Source of the DNA: Thermostichus sp. DRC_bins_24
GTDB lineage: Bacteria; Cyanobacteriota; Cyanobacteriia; Thermostichales; Thermostichaceae
NCBI GenBank assembly: GCA_039794845.1
Contig: JAUQVK010000107.1
Location: 1 to 44,845, forward strand
Direction of reading: 5' to 3'
DNA length: 44,845 nt
Shown here piece by piece: positions 1 through 9,276 of this stretch (position 1 is the stretch's first letter; every line of letters begins with the position of its first letter). The position numbers and the translations under genes are program-made. The notes beneath the pieces were generated by a model. It saw nothing but the letters and a program-made list of their open reading frames with translations. It did no database searches and was not told the DNA's origin.

Positions 1-1
1 C

Positions 2-442
2 GAAACCGGCAACCTGAATTTTGAAATCGGCGGGGAACTGTATGTCTGGAACCGGCAGACGAGCCTTGGCAAGAGTTTCGATTCATCCACCGGGTTTTCC
101 CTGCCCCTCGGCAGCGACCGCTCCCCCGATTTGGCTTGGATCCCCAAAGAAAAGTGGGAGGCTTTGGATCCGCAGCTGCGCCAGGGGTTTTTGCCCTTGT
201 GTCCCGATTTTGTTTTGGAGATCTTGTCGCCGACGGATTCTTGGCTCCAGACCCAGGCCAAGATGCAGGAGTACATGGACAACGGCTGTCGGCTGGGGTG
301 GTTGTTGGATCCGAAGACCAAGCGAGCCATGATCTACCGCGCAGACCAAGTGCCAGAACTGCTTGAGGATCCGGAGACGCTGTCGGGGGAGGAGGTATTG
401 CCCGGATTTACTTTGCCGATTAGAAAACTCTGGTCATCTTGA
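2..442 (+). CDS. Uma2 (DUF820) family endonuclease, 5'-truncated by the window edge
   Basis: Frame is open from position 2: ...FDSSTGFSLPLGSDRSPDLAWI...PDFVLEILSPTD...KMQEYMDNGCRLGWLLDP...LSGEEVLPGF, typical Uma2 motifs. Confidence 0.92.
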   Translation, partial: ETGNLNFEIGGELYVWNRQTSLGKSFDSSTGFSLPLGSDRSPDLAWIPKEKWEALDPQLRQGFLPLCPDFVLEILSPTDSWLQTQAKMQEYMDNGCRLGWLLDPKTKRAMIYRADQVPELLEDPETLSGEEVLPGFTLPIRKLWSS

Positions 443-575
443 GGATTGGGCAAGAGACGGGATCCATAACCCAAAAAGAGAATGGCTGGGGATCCATCCG
501 TGAACGGACGGCATCGAATCGGTTCAGATCTGTTCAGGTCTATGATGTGGTGGTTTTCACATTGTCACCCCCTCC

Positions 576-1490
576 ATGTCTGAGCCTTATCCCCGCGATC
601 TGGTTGGCTATGGCCGCAAGCCGCCTCATCCCCAGTGGCCCCATCAAGCGCGAGTGGCCGTTCAATTTGTGGTCAATTACGAAGAGGGGGGCGAGAACTG
701 CATTCTGCATGGGGATCCGGCTTCTGAGGCGTTTTTATCGGAGATTGTCGGGGCAGTGCCTTTGCTGGGGGTGCGCCACATGAATATGGAGTCCCTCTAC
801 GAGTACGGCAGTCGGGCCGGGTTTTGGCGGTTGCATCGGCTTTTTACCCAACGGGGGATCCCGGTGACGGTGTTTGGGGTGGCGATGGCTTTGGCCCGTA
901 ACCCCGAAGCCGTGGCTGCCATGAAAGAAGCCGATTGGGAAATTGCCAGCCATGGCTACCGTTGGATCGACTATCAATACGTAGCCATTGACGTGGAGCG
1001 GGAACACATTCAAAAGGCGATTGAAATTCACACCCAAGCTACCGGCAGCCGCCCGCTGGGGTTTTACCAAGGGCGCACCAGCCCCAACACCCGCCGCCTT
1101 GTGGTGGAAGCCGGCGGATTTCTCTACGACGCTGACAGTTATGCCGACGATTTGCCCTACTGGGTCACCGTATCGGGGCAAGCTCATCTGGTGATTCCCT
1201 ACACCCTTGATGTCAACGATATGCGCTTTGCCACCGCCCAGGGTTTCAATGCTGGGGATCAGTTCTACGCCCACTTGCGAGATACCTTCGACATGCTCTA
1301 CCAGGAGGGCGAAACCGCTCCCAAAATGATGAGTGTGGGGTTGCACTGTCGGTTGGTGGGGCGTCCCGGTCGGGCTTTGGCCCTGGCTAAGTTTTTGGAT
1401 TATGTCCAAGCCCATGAGCGGGTTTGGCTCTGTCGGCGCATCGATATTGCCCACCACTGGCGGAAGATCACGGGGCAGGGATCCCTTTAG
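576..1490 (+). CDS. puuE: Allantoinase PuuE (polysaccharide deacetylase fold)
   Basis: YPRDLVGYG, VVNYEEGGE, ESLYEYGSRAGFWR, SHGYRWI, YADDLPYW, KMMSVGLHCRLVGRPGR motifs. Confidence 0.93.
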   Translation: MSEPYPRDLVGYGRKPPHPQWPHQARVAVQFVVNYEEGGENCILHGDPASEAFLSEIVGAVPLLGVRHMNMESLYEYGSRAGFWRLHRLFTQRGIPVTVFGVAMALARNPEAVAAMKEADWEIASHGYRWIDYQYVAIDVEREHIQKAIEIHTQATGSRPLGFYQGRTSPNTRRLVVEAGGFLYDADSYADDLPYWVTVSGQAHLVIPYTLDVNDMRFATAQGFNAGDQFYAHLRDTFDMLYQEGETAPKMMSVGLHCRLVGRPGRALALAKFLDYVQAHERVWLCRRIDIAHHWRKITGQGSL

Positions 1491-1499
1491 CCCCGTTAC

Positions 1500-2860
1500 A
1501 GGATTGAGCGTAAAGCCCACGTGCTTCAGCCGTGGGATATAAGCGACGTGAGCCGTAGGCGAACAGTACAGTCCTTGCTGCTCAATAGATTATATTGTAA
1601 GGGGGTTTGTAAAGTTGAGCAGCTTGGAGTAAGAATGCTGGTACTTGAGGCAAAATTGAAGGGCAAAGTTGTACAGTTCGAGGCTTTGGATGAAGCCATC
1701 CGGACGGCCAACTTCATCCGCAATTCTTGCCTTCGCTACTGGATGGATAACCGGGGGGTCACGCGCAATGACCTGTACAAATACTGCAAAGTGTTGGCAG
1801 ACAATCCCGATTTCCCCTGGGCCAAACAGCTGAACTCTCAGGCGCGTCAGGCTCATGCTGAACGGGCTTGGTTTGCCATTGCCCGCTTCTTTGACAACTG
1901 CAAAAAGCAGGTTCCAGGCAAGAAGGGCTCCCCCAAATTCAAGAAGTACCAGACTCGCGCCAGTGTCGAGTACAAAACTACGGGTTGGAAGCTCTCTGCT
2001 GACCGTAAGCGAATCAACTTCACAGACGGGTTCAAAGCTGGTAGCTTTAAGCTCAAAGGGACTCGTGACCTCAACTTTTATCAAATCGAGCAAATCAAAC
2101 GGGTCAGAGTAGTGCGCCGCTCTGATGGCTACTATGTGCAGTTTGTGCTGGATGTAGAGCGCAGCGAGCGGCAGGAGCTAACTAAACGAACAGTCGGGCT
2201 GGATGTGGGGCTGAACCACTTTCTGATGGATTCTGACGGCAATGCCGTTGAGAATCCACGTTATTTGCGCAAAGCAGAGAATCAGCTCAAGCGGAGGCAT
2301 CGCAGGGTCAGCAAAAAGCCTAAAGGTTCCAATAATCGGAGGAAAGCTGTTAAACGCTTAGGCAAAGTGCATCTGAAGGTGCAACGCCAGCGTAGAGACT
2401 TTGCTGTAAAAACGGCAAGGTGCGTGGTGAAGTCTAGCGACTTCGTGGCGTTTGAAGACTTGCAGATTCGCAATATGGTCAAGAATCGTCATCTGGCCAA
2501 ATCCATCAGTGATGCAGCCTGGGGCGAGTTTAGGAGGTGGGTAGAGTATTTCGGCCAGGTGTTTGGGGTGGCAACGGTTGCAGTCAGTCCTCACTACACC
2601 AGCCAGAATTGCTCGAACTGTGGTGAGACGGTCAAGAAGTCGCTCTCGACTCGCACTCATGTTTGCCCCCATTGTGGGCATGCGCAAGACCGAGATCATA
2701 ACGCTGCCATCAATATTTTGAGAAAAGGACTAAGTACGGTAGGGCATACCGGAATCCACGCTTGGGGAGAGAACGACCACTATTTGAATCAGGCAACTGC
2801 TTCAGACAAGTCGGCTCGCTGAACCAAGAATCCCACGCGCTTTAGCCGTGGGAGTGTCAA
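1500..2860 (+). mobile_element. IS200/IS605-family element carrying tnpB only (IS1341-like, non-autonomous)
   Basis: Near-identical subterminal hairpins: AAAG-CCCACGTGCTTCAGCCGTGGG (1512-1536) and GAAT-CCCACGCGCTTTAGCCGTGGG (2828-2852); right end TCAA (2857-2860); TTAC at 1496-1499; no tnpA ORF. Confidence 0.88.
1635..2822 (+). CDS. tnpB: RNA-guided endonuclease TnpB
   Basis: RuvC motifs GLDVGL, AFEDL, DRDHNAAINI; zinc ribbon CSNC...CPHC; GGAG upstream of ATG 1635. Confidence 0.95.
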   Translation: MLVLEAKLKGKVVQFEALDEAIRTANFIRNSCLRYWMDNRGVTRNDLYKYCKVLADNPDFPWAKQLNSQARQAHAERAWFAIARFFDNCKKQVPGKKGSPKFKKYQTRASVEYKTTGWKLSADRKRINFTDGFKAGSFKLKGTRDLNFYQIEQIKRVRVVRRSDGYYVQFVLDVERSERQELTKRTVGLDVGLNHFLMDSDGNAVENPRYLRKAENQLKRRHRRVSKKPKGSNNRRKAVKRLGKVHLKVQRQRRDFAVKTARCVVKSSDFVAFEDLQIRNMVKNRHLAKSISDAAWGEFRRWVEYFGQVFGVATVAVSPHYTSQNCSNCGETVKKSLSTRTHVCPHCGHAQDRDHNAAINILRKGLSTVGHTGIHAWGENDHYLNQATASDKSAR

Positions 2861-2876
2861 ACTGGAGGTCAGGATC
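2733..2876 (+). ncRNA. TnpB omegaRNA (reRNA): scaffold about 2733-2860 plus flanking guide about 2861-2876
   Basis: Overlaps the tnpB 3' end and the IS right end; CGGTAGGGCATACCG hairpin, complementary CTTGG/CCAAG segments, terminal hairpin ending in TCAA; 5' boundary approximate. Confidence 0.75.
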
Positions 2877-2941
2877 CCATAAAACTCGAATTTGCGGTGG
2901 CTTGGACAACCTTCGGTTTCGCTCTGGGGAGGGCATGGGTC

Positions 2942-3385
2942 ATGAGCCATTTTCAGATCAAAATCATCGTTTTGTGGAATGTCTTTTTGTTGGGGCTACT
3001 CTTCCATACGGACTTGGGCTTAATGCCCCTTTTTCATGGTTTGGATGTGGCCCATTCGGATCCCCATGAGGCAACGGCTGATGTGGGGTTGATTTTTTGG
3101 CTGATGCTGGCCTTTTTTAGTGTGCCGCTCTGGCTGATGTTGATGACCGCTTTTAATGATTCCCTGAGGTTTCGGAGAGCTCACTTCGCGGTGACGGTGC
3201 TGTATTCGGTGCTCAACTTTTTCCACCTGCTGGCGGATTTGATGGTTGTGCCGATCGTTTGGTCCCAAATTGCCCTGATGCTGATGTTGTTTTTGTTTGG
3301 ATTGGGCCTCAATTGGGTGGGTTTTCAGTGGATGCGAGAAAAACAGGGATCCTATCCGAAAGCCACCCCTGCCGATCTGGCTTAG
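2942..3385 (+). CDS. Hypothetical membrane protein (about 4 TM helices)
   Basis: Four hydrophobic segments with several His residues; ATG 2942 chosen over GTG 2897. Confidence 0.75.
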   Translation: MSHFQIKIIVLWNVFLLGLLFHTDLGLMPLFHGLDVAHSDPHEATADVGLIFWLMLAFFSVPLWLMLMTAFNDSLRFRRAHFAVTVLYSVLNFFHLLADLMVVPIVWSQIALMLMLFLFGLGLNWVGFQWMREKQGSYPKATPADLA

Positions 3386-3541
3386 GGAATCAAAACGGCC
3401 CTGAAACTCTATTGTTTCTCAAATAACAGACTGCCGGTTAAAGCAGCGGAGAGGATCCCCCAACGGGATCCCGGTTGATGCTGCGGATCCCCCTTTTTTT
3501 GGGATGAAGGCGTTACCCTCTGACCATCAATTTCAAAAAAC

Positions 3542-3582
3542 GTATCTCAAACTACAGAACTCTGGTGGCAGCACTGTATGCT
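3542..3582 (+). promoter_or_regulatory. NtcA box and -10 element (class II NtcA-activated promoter) upstream of the ABC operon
   Basis: GTA-TCTCAAAC-TAC (3542-3555), 21-nt spacer, TATGCT (TAN3T, 3577-3582). Confidence 0.65.
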
Positions 3583-3675
3583 GCATACAACAAGTTCCTG
3601 AAGCGCACCCTGCTCGGGCGTTTCGATTCGGCATTTTGCCCCGGTTTACCTATTGCTCACCTACTGGAGTGTTAT

Positions 3676-5325
3676 ATGAAGGCTTGGAATCACTCGCGAC
3701 TGAAGCTGGGTCGTCGTCCTTTTTTGCACCTGGCCGCTGGCATGGGTGCTGCGTTGGCGGTGATGGCAGCTCCCTTTTCCTCTGCCAACCCCTCCGGCGG
3801 AACCCTTCGTATTGGCATGACGGCTTCTGATATTCCCATTACCTCCGGTGCTCCCAATTCCGGGTTTGAAGGGGTGCGCTTTACCGGCATGACCCTCTAC
3901 GATGCCCTGGTAACCTGGGATCTGTCGGTGACGGACAAGCCCCCGCCACTGGTACCCCACTTAGCCACCTCTTGGTCGGTGGATCCGGAAAATCCTCGGG
4001 TCTGGACGTTTAATCTGCGGCAGGGGGTGAAGTTCCACGATGGCTCTGACTTCAATGCCGATGCGGTGGTGTTTAACTTCGAGAAGGTTTTTGACGAGTC
4101 TGCCCCCCATTACGATGCCCGTCAGGCGGCGCAGGTGGTGGCCAGGATCCCGGCTTTTGAAAGCATTCGCAAAATTGACGATTACACCGTTGAAATCACC
4201 ACCAAAACCCCCAACTCCCTGTTGATCTACCAGTTGCCTTTCATGTTTTTCTCTAGCCCCGCCCACTGGGAAGCTCTGGGGAAAGATTGGGCGGCTTTTG
4301 AGGCGGATCCCTCTGGGACCGGCCCCTTTATGTTGGACAAATTGGTACCCCGCGAGCGGGCGGAATTGATCCCCAACCCCAACTACTGGGATGAAAACCG
4401 CCGAGCCCAAGCAGAACGGATCGTGTTGATCCCGATTCCCGAGGGCACCACCCGCGCCAATGCCCTGCTCTCCGGTCAGGTGGACTGGATTGAAGCTCCC
4501 CCCGCCGATACCCTGCCCATGCTGCAAAACCGCGGCTTTACGATCACCAGCAATGGCTACCCCCATCTCTGGCCCTGGCAATTCAGCTTTTTGGAGGGAT
4601 CCCCGTGGTTGGATGTGCGGGTACGGCAGGCGGCCAACTTGGCGATTGACCGCGAGGCGATCCAAGCTTTGCTGGGGGGCAATATGGTGCCCGCCCGTGG
4701 CATTCTCTTGCCCGATGACCCGGCGTTTGGATCCCCGGCCTTTGAGGTGCGCTACGACCCGGAAGCCGCCAAAGCCCTCTTGGCCGAAGCCGGTTACGGT
4801 CCCGACAACCCCGTGAAAGCCAAGGTATTGATCTCCGCCTCCGGATCTGGGCAGATGCAGCCCCTAACCATGAACGAGCTGATCCAGCAACAGTTGGCGG
4901 CGGTCGGGATCCAGGTAGAGTATGAGGTGCTGATCTGGGAAACCCTGTTCAACAACTGGCGACAAGGGGCAGCGGATCCAGCTTCGTTAGGGGCCCATGC
5001 CACCAACATCACCTTTGCCACCCACGATCCTTTTGCCGCGATGGTACGCTTTGTGGCCACCAGCAGCAAGCCCCCCGCCTCTTTGAATTGGGGCCACTAC
5101 AGCAACCCGGAAGTGGATGCCCTGATCGAGAAGCTGCAAACCACCTTCGACCCAGCGGAAAATTTGGCGGTCTACCGACAACTGCACGAAATCCTGGTGG
5201 AGGATGCCCCCTTCCTGTTTGTGGGCCATGATGTCGGCCCACGGGCCATGCGCCAGGAAGTCCAGGGCTTTGCCCAGGCCAAGAGCTGGTTTCAGGATCT
5301 GACTCCTGTCTATCTGGCCAACTAG
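3676..5325 (+). CDS. ABC transporter substrate-binding protein, family 5 (Dpp/Opp/Nik-like), Tat signal
   Basis: GRRPFL twin-arginine leader; LATSWSV...WTFNLRQGVKFHDGSDFNADAVVF and GTGPF motifs; GGAG upstream of ATG 3676. Confidence 0.92.
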   Translation: MKAWNHSRLKLGRRPFLHLAAGMGAALAVMAAPFSSANPSGGTLRIGMTASDIPITSGAPNSGFEGVRFTGMTLYDALVTWDLSVTDKPPPLVPHLATSWSVDPENPRVWTFNLRQGVKFHDGSDFNADAVVFNFEKVFDESAPHYDARQAAQVVARIPAFESIRKIDDYTVEITTKTPNSLLIYQLPFMFFSSPAHWEALGKDWAAFEADPSGTGPFMLDKLVPRERAELIPNPNYWDENRRAQAERIVLIPIPEGTTRANALLSGQVDWIEAPPADTLPMLQNRGFTITSNGYPHLWPWQFSFLEGSPWLDVRVRQAANLAIDREAIQALLGGNMVPARGILLPDDPAFGSPAFEVRYDPEAAKALLAEAGYGPDNPVKAKVLISASGSGQMQPLTMNELIQQQLAAVGIQVEYEVLIWETLFNNWRQGAADPASLGAHATNITFATHDPFAAMVRFVATSSKPPASLNWGHYSNPEVDALIEKLQTTFDPAENLAVYRQLHEILVEDAPFLFVGHDVGPRAMRQEVQGFAQAKSWFQDLTPVYLAN

Positions 5326-5351
5326 CTTCTCACATTTTGAATATGTTCAAT

Positions 5352-5391
5352 CTTGACCCTTTGGCCCAGACCCCTGTGTTAGAGGGTTAAG
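5352..5391 (+). other. Intercistronic stem-loop after the substrate-binding protein gene
   Basis: CTTGACCCTTTGGC / GTTAGAGGGTTAAG, 14-bp stem that needs G-U pairs available only on the + strand. Confidence 0.6.
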
Positions 5392-5414
5392 CCAACCAAT
5401 CCGGAGGGATCCCG

Positions 5415-6350
5415 ATGGTTTCATTTGTGGTTAAACGGGTGATTTACACCCTTCCCATTGCCCTGGCGGTGGCCGCGGTTTGTTTCTCGTTGGTGCATTT
5501 GGCCCCTGGGGATCCCTTGTCGGCGATTATCCCCGCCGATGCCCCGGCGGAGGTGGTGGAGGCGATTACTCGCGCCTACGGCATGGATCGGCCTTTGCTC
5601 CTGCAATTCCTGAGCTGGATTGGCCGTGCGATTCGGGGGGACTTGGGCATTTCTGTGTCCAATGGTCGTTCTGTAACTTCTGAAATTGGCTTGGCCCTGG
5701 GCAATACCTTTGTGCTGGCGATTGCCGGGGCCATTTTGGGTTTCTTTTTCGGCACCCTCTTCGGCACCTTGGCGGCCTTCTTTCAGGGGCGTTGGATGGA
5801 TAAGCTCTCCACAGCCCTGGCGGTGATCGGGGTTTCGGTGCCCCACTACTGGCTGGGGCTGCTGCTGGTGGTGATTTTCTCGGTGCAGATGGATTGGTTG
5901 CCCTCGCTGGGGGCCGGTTCCGGCGATATCGGCACAAGGCTGCGCCACCTGATTTTGCCCGCCATCACCATGAGTTTTATCCCGATGGGGATCATCACCC
6001 GTACGGTGCGCTCTACGGTGGGGGAGATTCTGGGATCCGAGTTCGTCACGGCTTTACAGGCCCGGGGATTGCGCGGTCTGGCCATTGCCAAGCATGTGGC
6101 GAAAAATGCCGCGCCGACGGTGTTGGCGGTGATGGGCTTGCAGTTTGGCTATCTGTTGGGGGGCTCGATTTTGGTGGAAACGGTCTTTTCCTGGCCGGGA
6201 ACGGGCTACCTCCTCAATACCGCCATCTTTCAGCGGGATATTCCGTTGTTGCAGGGCATTATTCTCACCCTGGCGATGTTTTTTGTGGTGCTGAACCTAG
6301 CGGTGGATGTGCTGCAAACCCTGTTGGATCCACGCATTAAGCGAGGTTAA
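5415..6350 (+). CDS. ABC transporter permease (DppB/OppB type)
   Basis: PGDP, GDLG, HLILPA, ILVETVFSWPGTG, LDPRI motifs. Confidence 0.93.
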   Translation: MVSFVVKRVIYTLPIALAVAAVCFSLVHLAPGDPLSAIIPADAPAEVVEAITRAYGMDRPLLLQFLSWIGRAIRGDLGISVSNGRSVTSEIGLALGNTFVLAIAGAILGFFFGTLFGTLAAFFQGRWMDKLSTALAVIGVSVPHYWLGLLLVVIFSVQMDWLPSLGAGSGDIGTRLRHLILPAITMSFIPMGIITRTVRSTVGEILGSEFVTALQARGLRGLAIAKHVAKNAAPTVLAVMGLQFGYLLGGSILVETVFSWPGTGYLLNTAIFQRDIPLLQGIILTLAMFFVVLNLAVDVLQTLLDPRIKRG

Positions 6351-6353
6351 CCC

Positions 6354-7259
6354 ATGAGCGAAGCAACGACCCCTGTTTTATCCACTGCGGCAGCCGAGGC
6401 GGGATCCCTTTCCTCCAAGTCCCGCGGTTACTGGGCCACAGTTTGGATGCGCCTGCGGCGGGATCCCCTCTCGGTGGTTTGTGCCCTCACCCTGGCCTTT
6501 TTGATCCTGATCGCTGCTTTTGCTCCCCTACTGGCCCCCTACGACCCTGCCCAGGGATCCATGGTCATTCGCCTCTCCCCGATTGGCGCCGAGGGGCACC
6601 TCTTGGGTACCGATGAGCTGGGGCGGGATATTCTCAGCCGCCTCATGTACGGGGGACGGGTCAGTTTGGTGATGGGCCTGACGCCGGTGCTGCTGGCTTT
6701 TCTCATCGGCACAAGCTTGGGGATGGTGGCGGGCTTTTTTGGTGGCTTCGTCAACAGCCTGATTATGCGTACCACCGATGTGTTTTTTGCCTTCCCGGCG
6801 GTGCTGTTGGCGATCGCCATCTCCGGGGCGTTGGGCACTGGGCCGGTGAATGCCCTGATTGCCCTCACCTTGGTGTTTATCCCGCCGATTACCCGGGTGG
6901 CGGAAAGTGCCACAACCCGCGTGCGCCATCTGGATTTTGTCGATGCGGCGCGAGCTTCCGGGGCCGATGCCCTCACCATCATTCGCGCGCATGTGCTGGG
7001 CAACGTCTTGGGGGTGGTGTTTATCTACGCCACCAGCTTGGTGTCGGTGTGCATGATTCTCTCGGCAGGCTTGAGCTTCTTGGGCATGGGGGTACGGCCT
7101 CCCACCGCCGAATGGGGGCTGATGCTGAACACCTTGCGCCAGTCCATTTACATCCAACCCTGGGTGACGGTCTTGCCGGGGGTGATGATCTTCATCACCT
7201 CCCTCTGTTTCAACTTGCTCTCCGATGGATTACGCGGCGCGATGGATTTGAAGCGCTAA
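6354..7259 (+). CDS. ABC transporter permease (DppC/OppC type)
   Basis: HLLGTDELGRDILSRLMYGGRVSL, FVDAARASGA, LSFLGMG...EWG, DGLR motifs. Confidence 0.93.
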   Translation: MSEATTPVLSTAAAEAGSLSSKSRGYWATVWMRLRRDPLSVVCALTLAFLILIAAFAPLLAPYDPAQGSMVIRLSPIGAEGHLLGTDELGRDILSRLMYGGRVSLVMGLTPVLLAFLIGTSLGMVAGFFGGFVNSLIMRTTDVFFAFPAVLLAIAISGALGTGPVNALIALTLVFIPPITRVAESATTRVRHLDFVDAARASGADALTIIRAHVLGNVLGVVFIYATSLVSVCMILSAGLSFLGMGVRPPTAEWGLMLNTLRQSIYIQPWVTVLPGVMIFITSLCFNLLSDGLRGAMDLKR

Positions 7260-7270
7260 GGAGTAAAGCG

Positions 7271-8278
7271 ATGACGGCTCTGTTGGAAGTTGAAGGCTTA
7301 AAAAAATACTATCCGGTGGGCAAAACCCTGCGGGGCAAACCCGTGCAAGTGGTGAAGGCGGTGGAGAATGTCAGCTTTGCGGTGGAGCGGGGCAAAACCC
7401 TGGGGATCGTCGGCGAATCGGGCTGCGGCAAATCCACCACGGCTCGCTTGCTCATGCACCTGATCCCACCGGATTCTGGGCGCATCGCCATTGATGGGCA
7501 GGAATTTGGCGAGGGACGGCGGCCTGTGAACGAGCTGCGGCGGCGCATGCAGATGGTGTTTCAAGACTCCTATGCCTCCTTGAACCCGCGCTTGACCATC
7601 GAAGACAGCATTGCCTTTGGCCCGCGCATCAATGGGGCCAGCGAAAGCCAATCCCGTCGCAAAGCCCGTGATCTCTTGGCCCGTGTCGGGTTGGACCCGG
7701 ATCACTTCATTCGCCGCTACCCCCACGAATTGTCGGGCGGACAACGGCAACGGGTGAATATCGCCCGCGCCCTAGCCATTGAGCCGGAGATCGTGATTTT
7801 GGATGAGGCGGTGTCGGCCTTGGATAAATCGGTGCAGGCTCAGGTGCTCAACCTCTTGGCGGATTTGAAGGCGGAGTTTCACCTCACTTATCTGTTTATC
7901 TCCCACGATCTGAACGTGGTGCAGTATGTCAGCGACGAGGTGCTGGTCATGTATCTGGGGCAAGTGGTGGAATCTGGCCCGGTGGAGAAGCTCTATGCCA
8001 ATCCCGCCCACCCCTACACCCGCGCTTTGCTCTCCGCCTTGCCCGCCCAACGCCCGAGCGAGCGCAAAACCCACATCGTTCTCCAAGGGGATCCCCCCAA
8101 CCCGATCTCCCCCCCTGCGGGTTGCCGCTTTCATCCCCGCTGTCCGGTGGCAGAAGCCGTCTGTGGTCAGGTGGAACCTCCGCTTTCGGATGTGGGCAGT
8201 GGCCGGTTTGTGGCCTGTCATATGCGGATCCCGGGATCCGGCTATTCCAATGTGCAACCCCTGGAGGTGGCGGTATGA
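7271..8278 (+). CDS. Peptide-type ABC transporter ATP-binding protein (DppF/OppF type)
   Basis: GESGCGKST, LSGGQRQR, DEAVSALD, HPYT, GCRFHPRC; AAGGAG upstream of ATG 7271. Confidence 0.93.
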   Translation: MTALLEVEGLKKYYPVGKTLRGKPVQVVKAVENVSFAVERGKTLGIVGESGCGKSTTARLLMHLIPPDSGRIAIDGQEFGEGRRPVNELRRRMQMVFQDSYASLNPRLTIEDSIAFGPRINGASESQSRRKARDLLARVGLDPDHFIRRYPHELSGGQRQRVNIARALAIEPEIVILDEAVSALDKSVQAQVLNLLADLKAEFHLTYLFISHDLNVVQYVSDEVLVMYLGQVVESGPVEKLYANPAHPYTRALLSALPAQRPSERKTHIVLQGDPPNPISPPAGCRFHPRCPVAEAVCGQVEPPLSDVGSGRFVACHMRIPGSGYSNVQPLEVAV

Positions 8279-9276
8279 CCCGTGTTGCCGAGAATGTGGT
8301 GGAAGTGCGGAACTTGAATGTCACCTTCAAAGGGGAAGAAGGCTCGATCTACGCCGTGACCGATGTGAGTTTTGACCTGGCGGAAGGGGAAACCCTGGCC
8401 CTCTTGGGAGAATCCGGCAGCGGCAAAAGTGTCACGTTGAAATCTTTGATGCGCCTGCATCCTCCCCACAAAACCACGATAACCGGGCAGGTGCGGGTGG
8501 CGGGGCAGGAGGTGCTCTCGATGGATGCCGCTACTCTGGCAGATATGCGGGGCAAGTTGGTCTCGATGGTGTTTCAAGAGCCGATGCTGGCTTTTGATCC
8601 GGTGTTTACGATTGGGGATCAGATCGCCGAAGCGGTGATTCGCCACGAGGGGTGTAGCTACGAGGCAGCCCGCAACCGGGCCTTGGAAATGATGGAGCGA
8701 GTCCGGATCCCTTCGGCTCGCAAACGCTTGGATGCCTATTCCCATGAGATGAGCGGCGGTATGCGGCAACGGGCCATGATCGCCTTGGCCCTCTCCTGCC
8801 GACCGAAGGTGTTGCTGGCGGATGAACCGACCACGGCTTTGGATGCCACGGTACAAATTCAGGTGTTGTTGCTGCTCAAGGAATTGCAAAAAGAATTGGG
8901 CATGAGCATCCTCTTTGTTACCCATGACGTCGGGGTGGCCATTGAGGTGGCCAACAAAACGGCAGTGATGTACGGCGGGCGGATCATCGAACAAGGCCCG
9001 ATCGACCAGGTCTTGACGGATCCCTGGCACCCCTATACCCAGGGGTTGCTTGCGGCCACGGTCTATCCGGGTATGGATCGGCAGGAGCGGTTGGTGGCCA
9101 TTCCTGGATCCCCGCCTCGGCTGTATCGCCCAATTCGAGAATGTGCCTTTGCCCCCCGCTGCAGCTACGCCACCGAAGCCTGCAAACAACCCTTGCCACC
9201 GCCGATGGTGTCGGAAGGGCGGATGGTCCATTGCATTCGGGCTAAGGATCCCGCTGTGCTGGCAGCAATCCGTTAG
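8275..9276 (+). CDS. Peptide-type ABC transporter ATP-binding protein (DppD/OppD type)
   Basis: GESGSGKS, MSGGMRQR, ADEPTTALD, HPYT; ATGA overlap with the previous gene. Confidence 0.93.
   Translation: MTRVAENVVEVRNLNVTFKGEEGSIYAVTDVSFDLAEGETLALLGESGSGKSVTLKSLMRLHPPHKTTITGQVRVAGQEVLSMDAATLADMRGKLVSMVFQEPMLAFDPVFTIGDQIAEAVIRHEGCSYEAARNRALEMMERVRIPSARKRLDAYSHEMSGGMRQRAMIALALSCRPKVLLADEPTTALDATVQIQVLLLLKELQKELGMSILFVTHDVGVAIEVANKTAVMYGGRIIEQGPIDQVLTDPWHPYTQGLLAATVYPGMDRQERLVAIPGSPPRLYRPIRECAFAPRCSYATEACKQPLPPPMVSEGRMVHCIRAKDPAVLAAIR

Noticed and set aside
546..561. CRP/NtcA-like TGTGG-N6-TCACA upstream of puuE
   Set aside because: Imperfect match only 14 nt from the start codon; could be chance
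1504..1508. TTGAG as the IS target/TAM (ISDra2-like TTGAT)
   Set aside because: The left-end guide AAAG predicts TTnC by the IS608 pairing rule, which fits TTAC at 1496-1499 better
1521..1634. N-terminal extension of TnpB in the ORF track (433 aa)
   Set aside because: It runs through the left-end hairpin; ATG 1635 has an RBS and gives a typical TnpB N-terminus
3452..3500. Possible riboswitch or terminator upstream of the ABC operon
   Set aside because: The pairing comes from three clustered GGATCC palindromes; no recognisable aptamer motif
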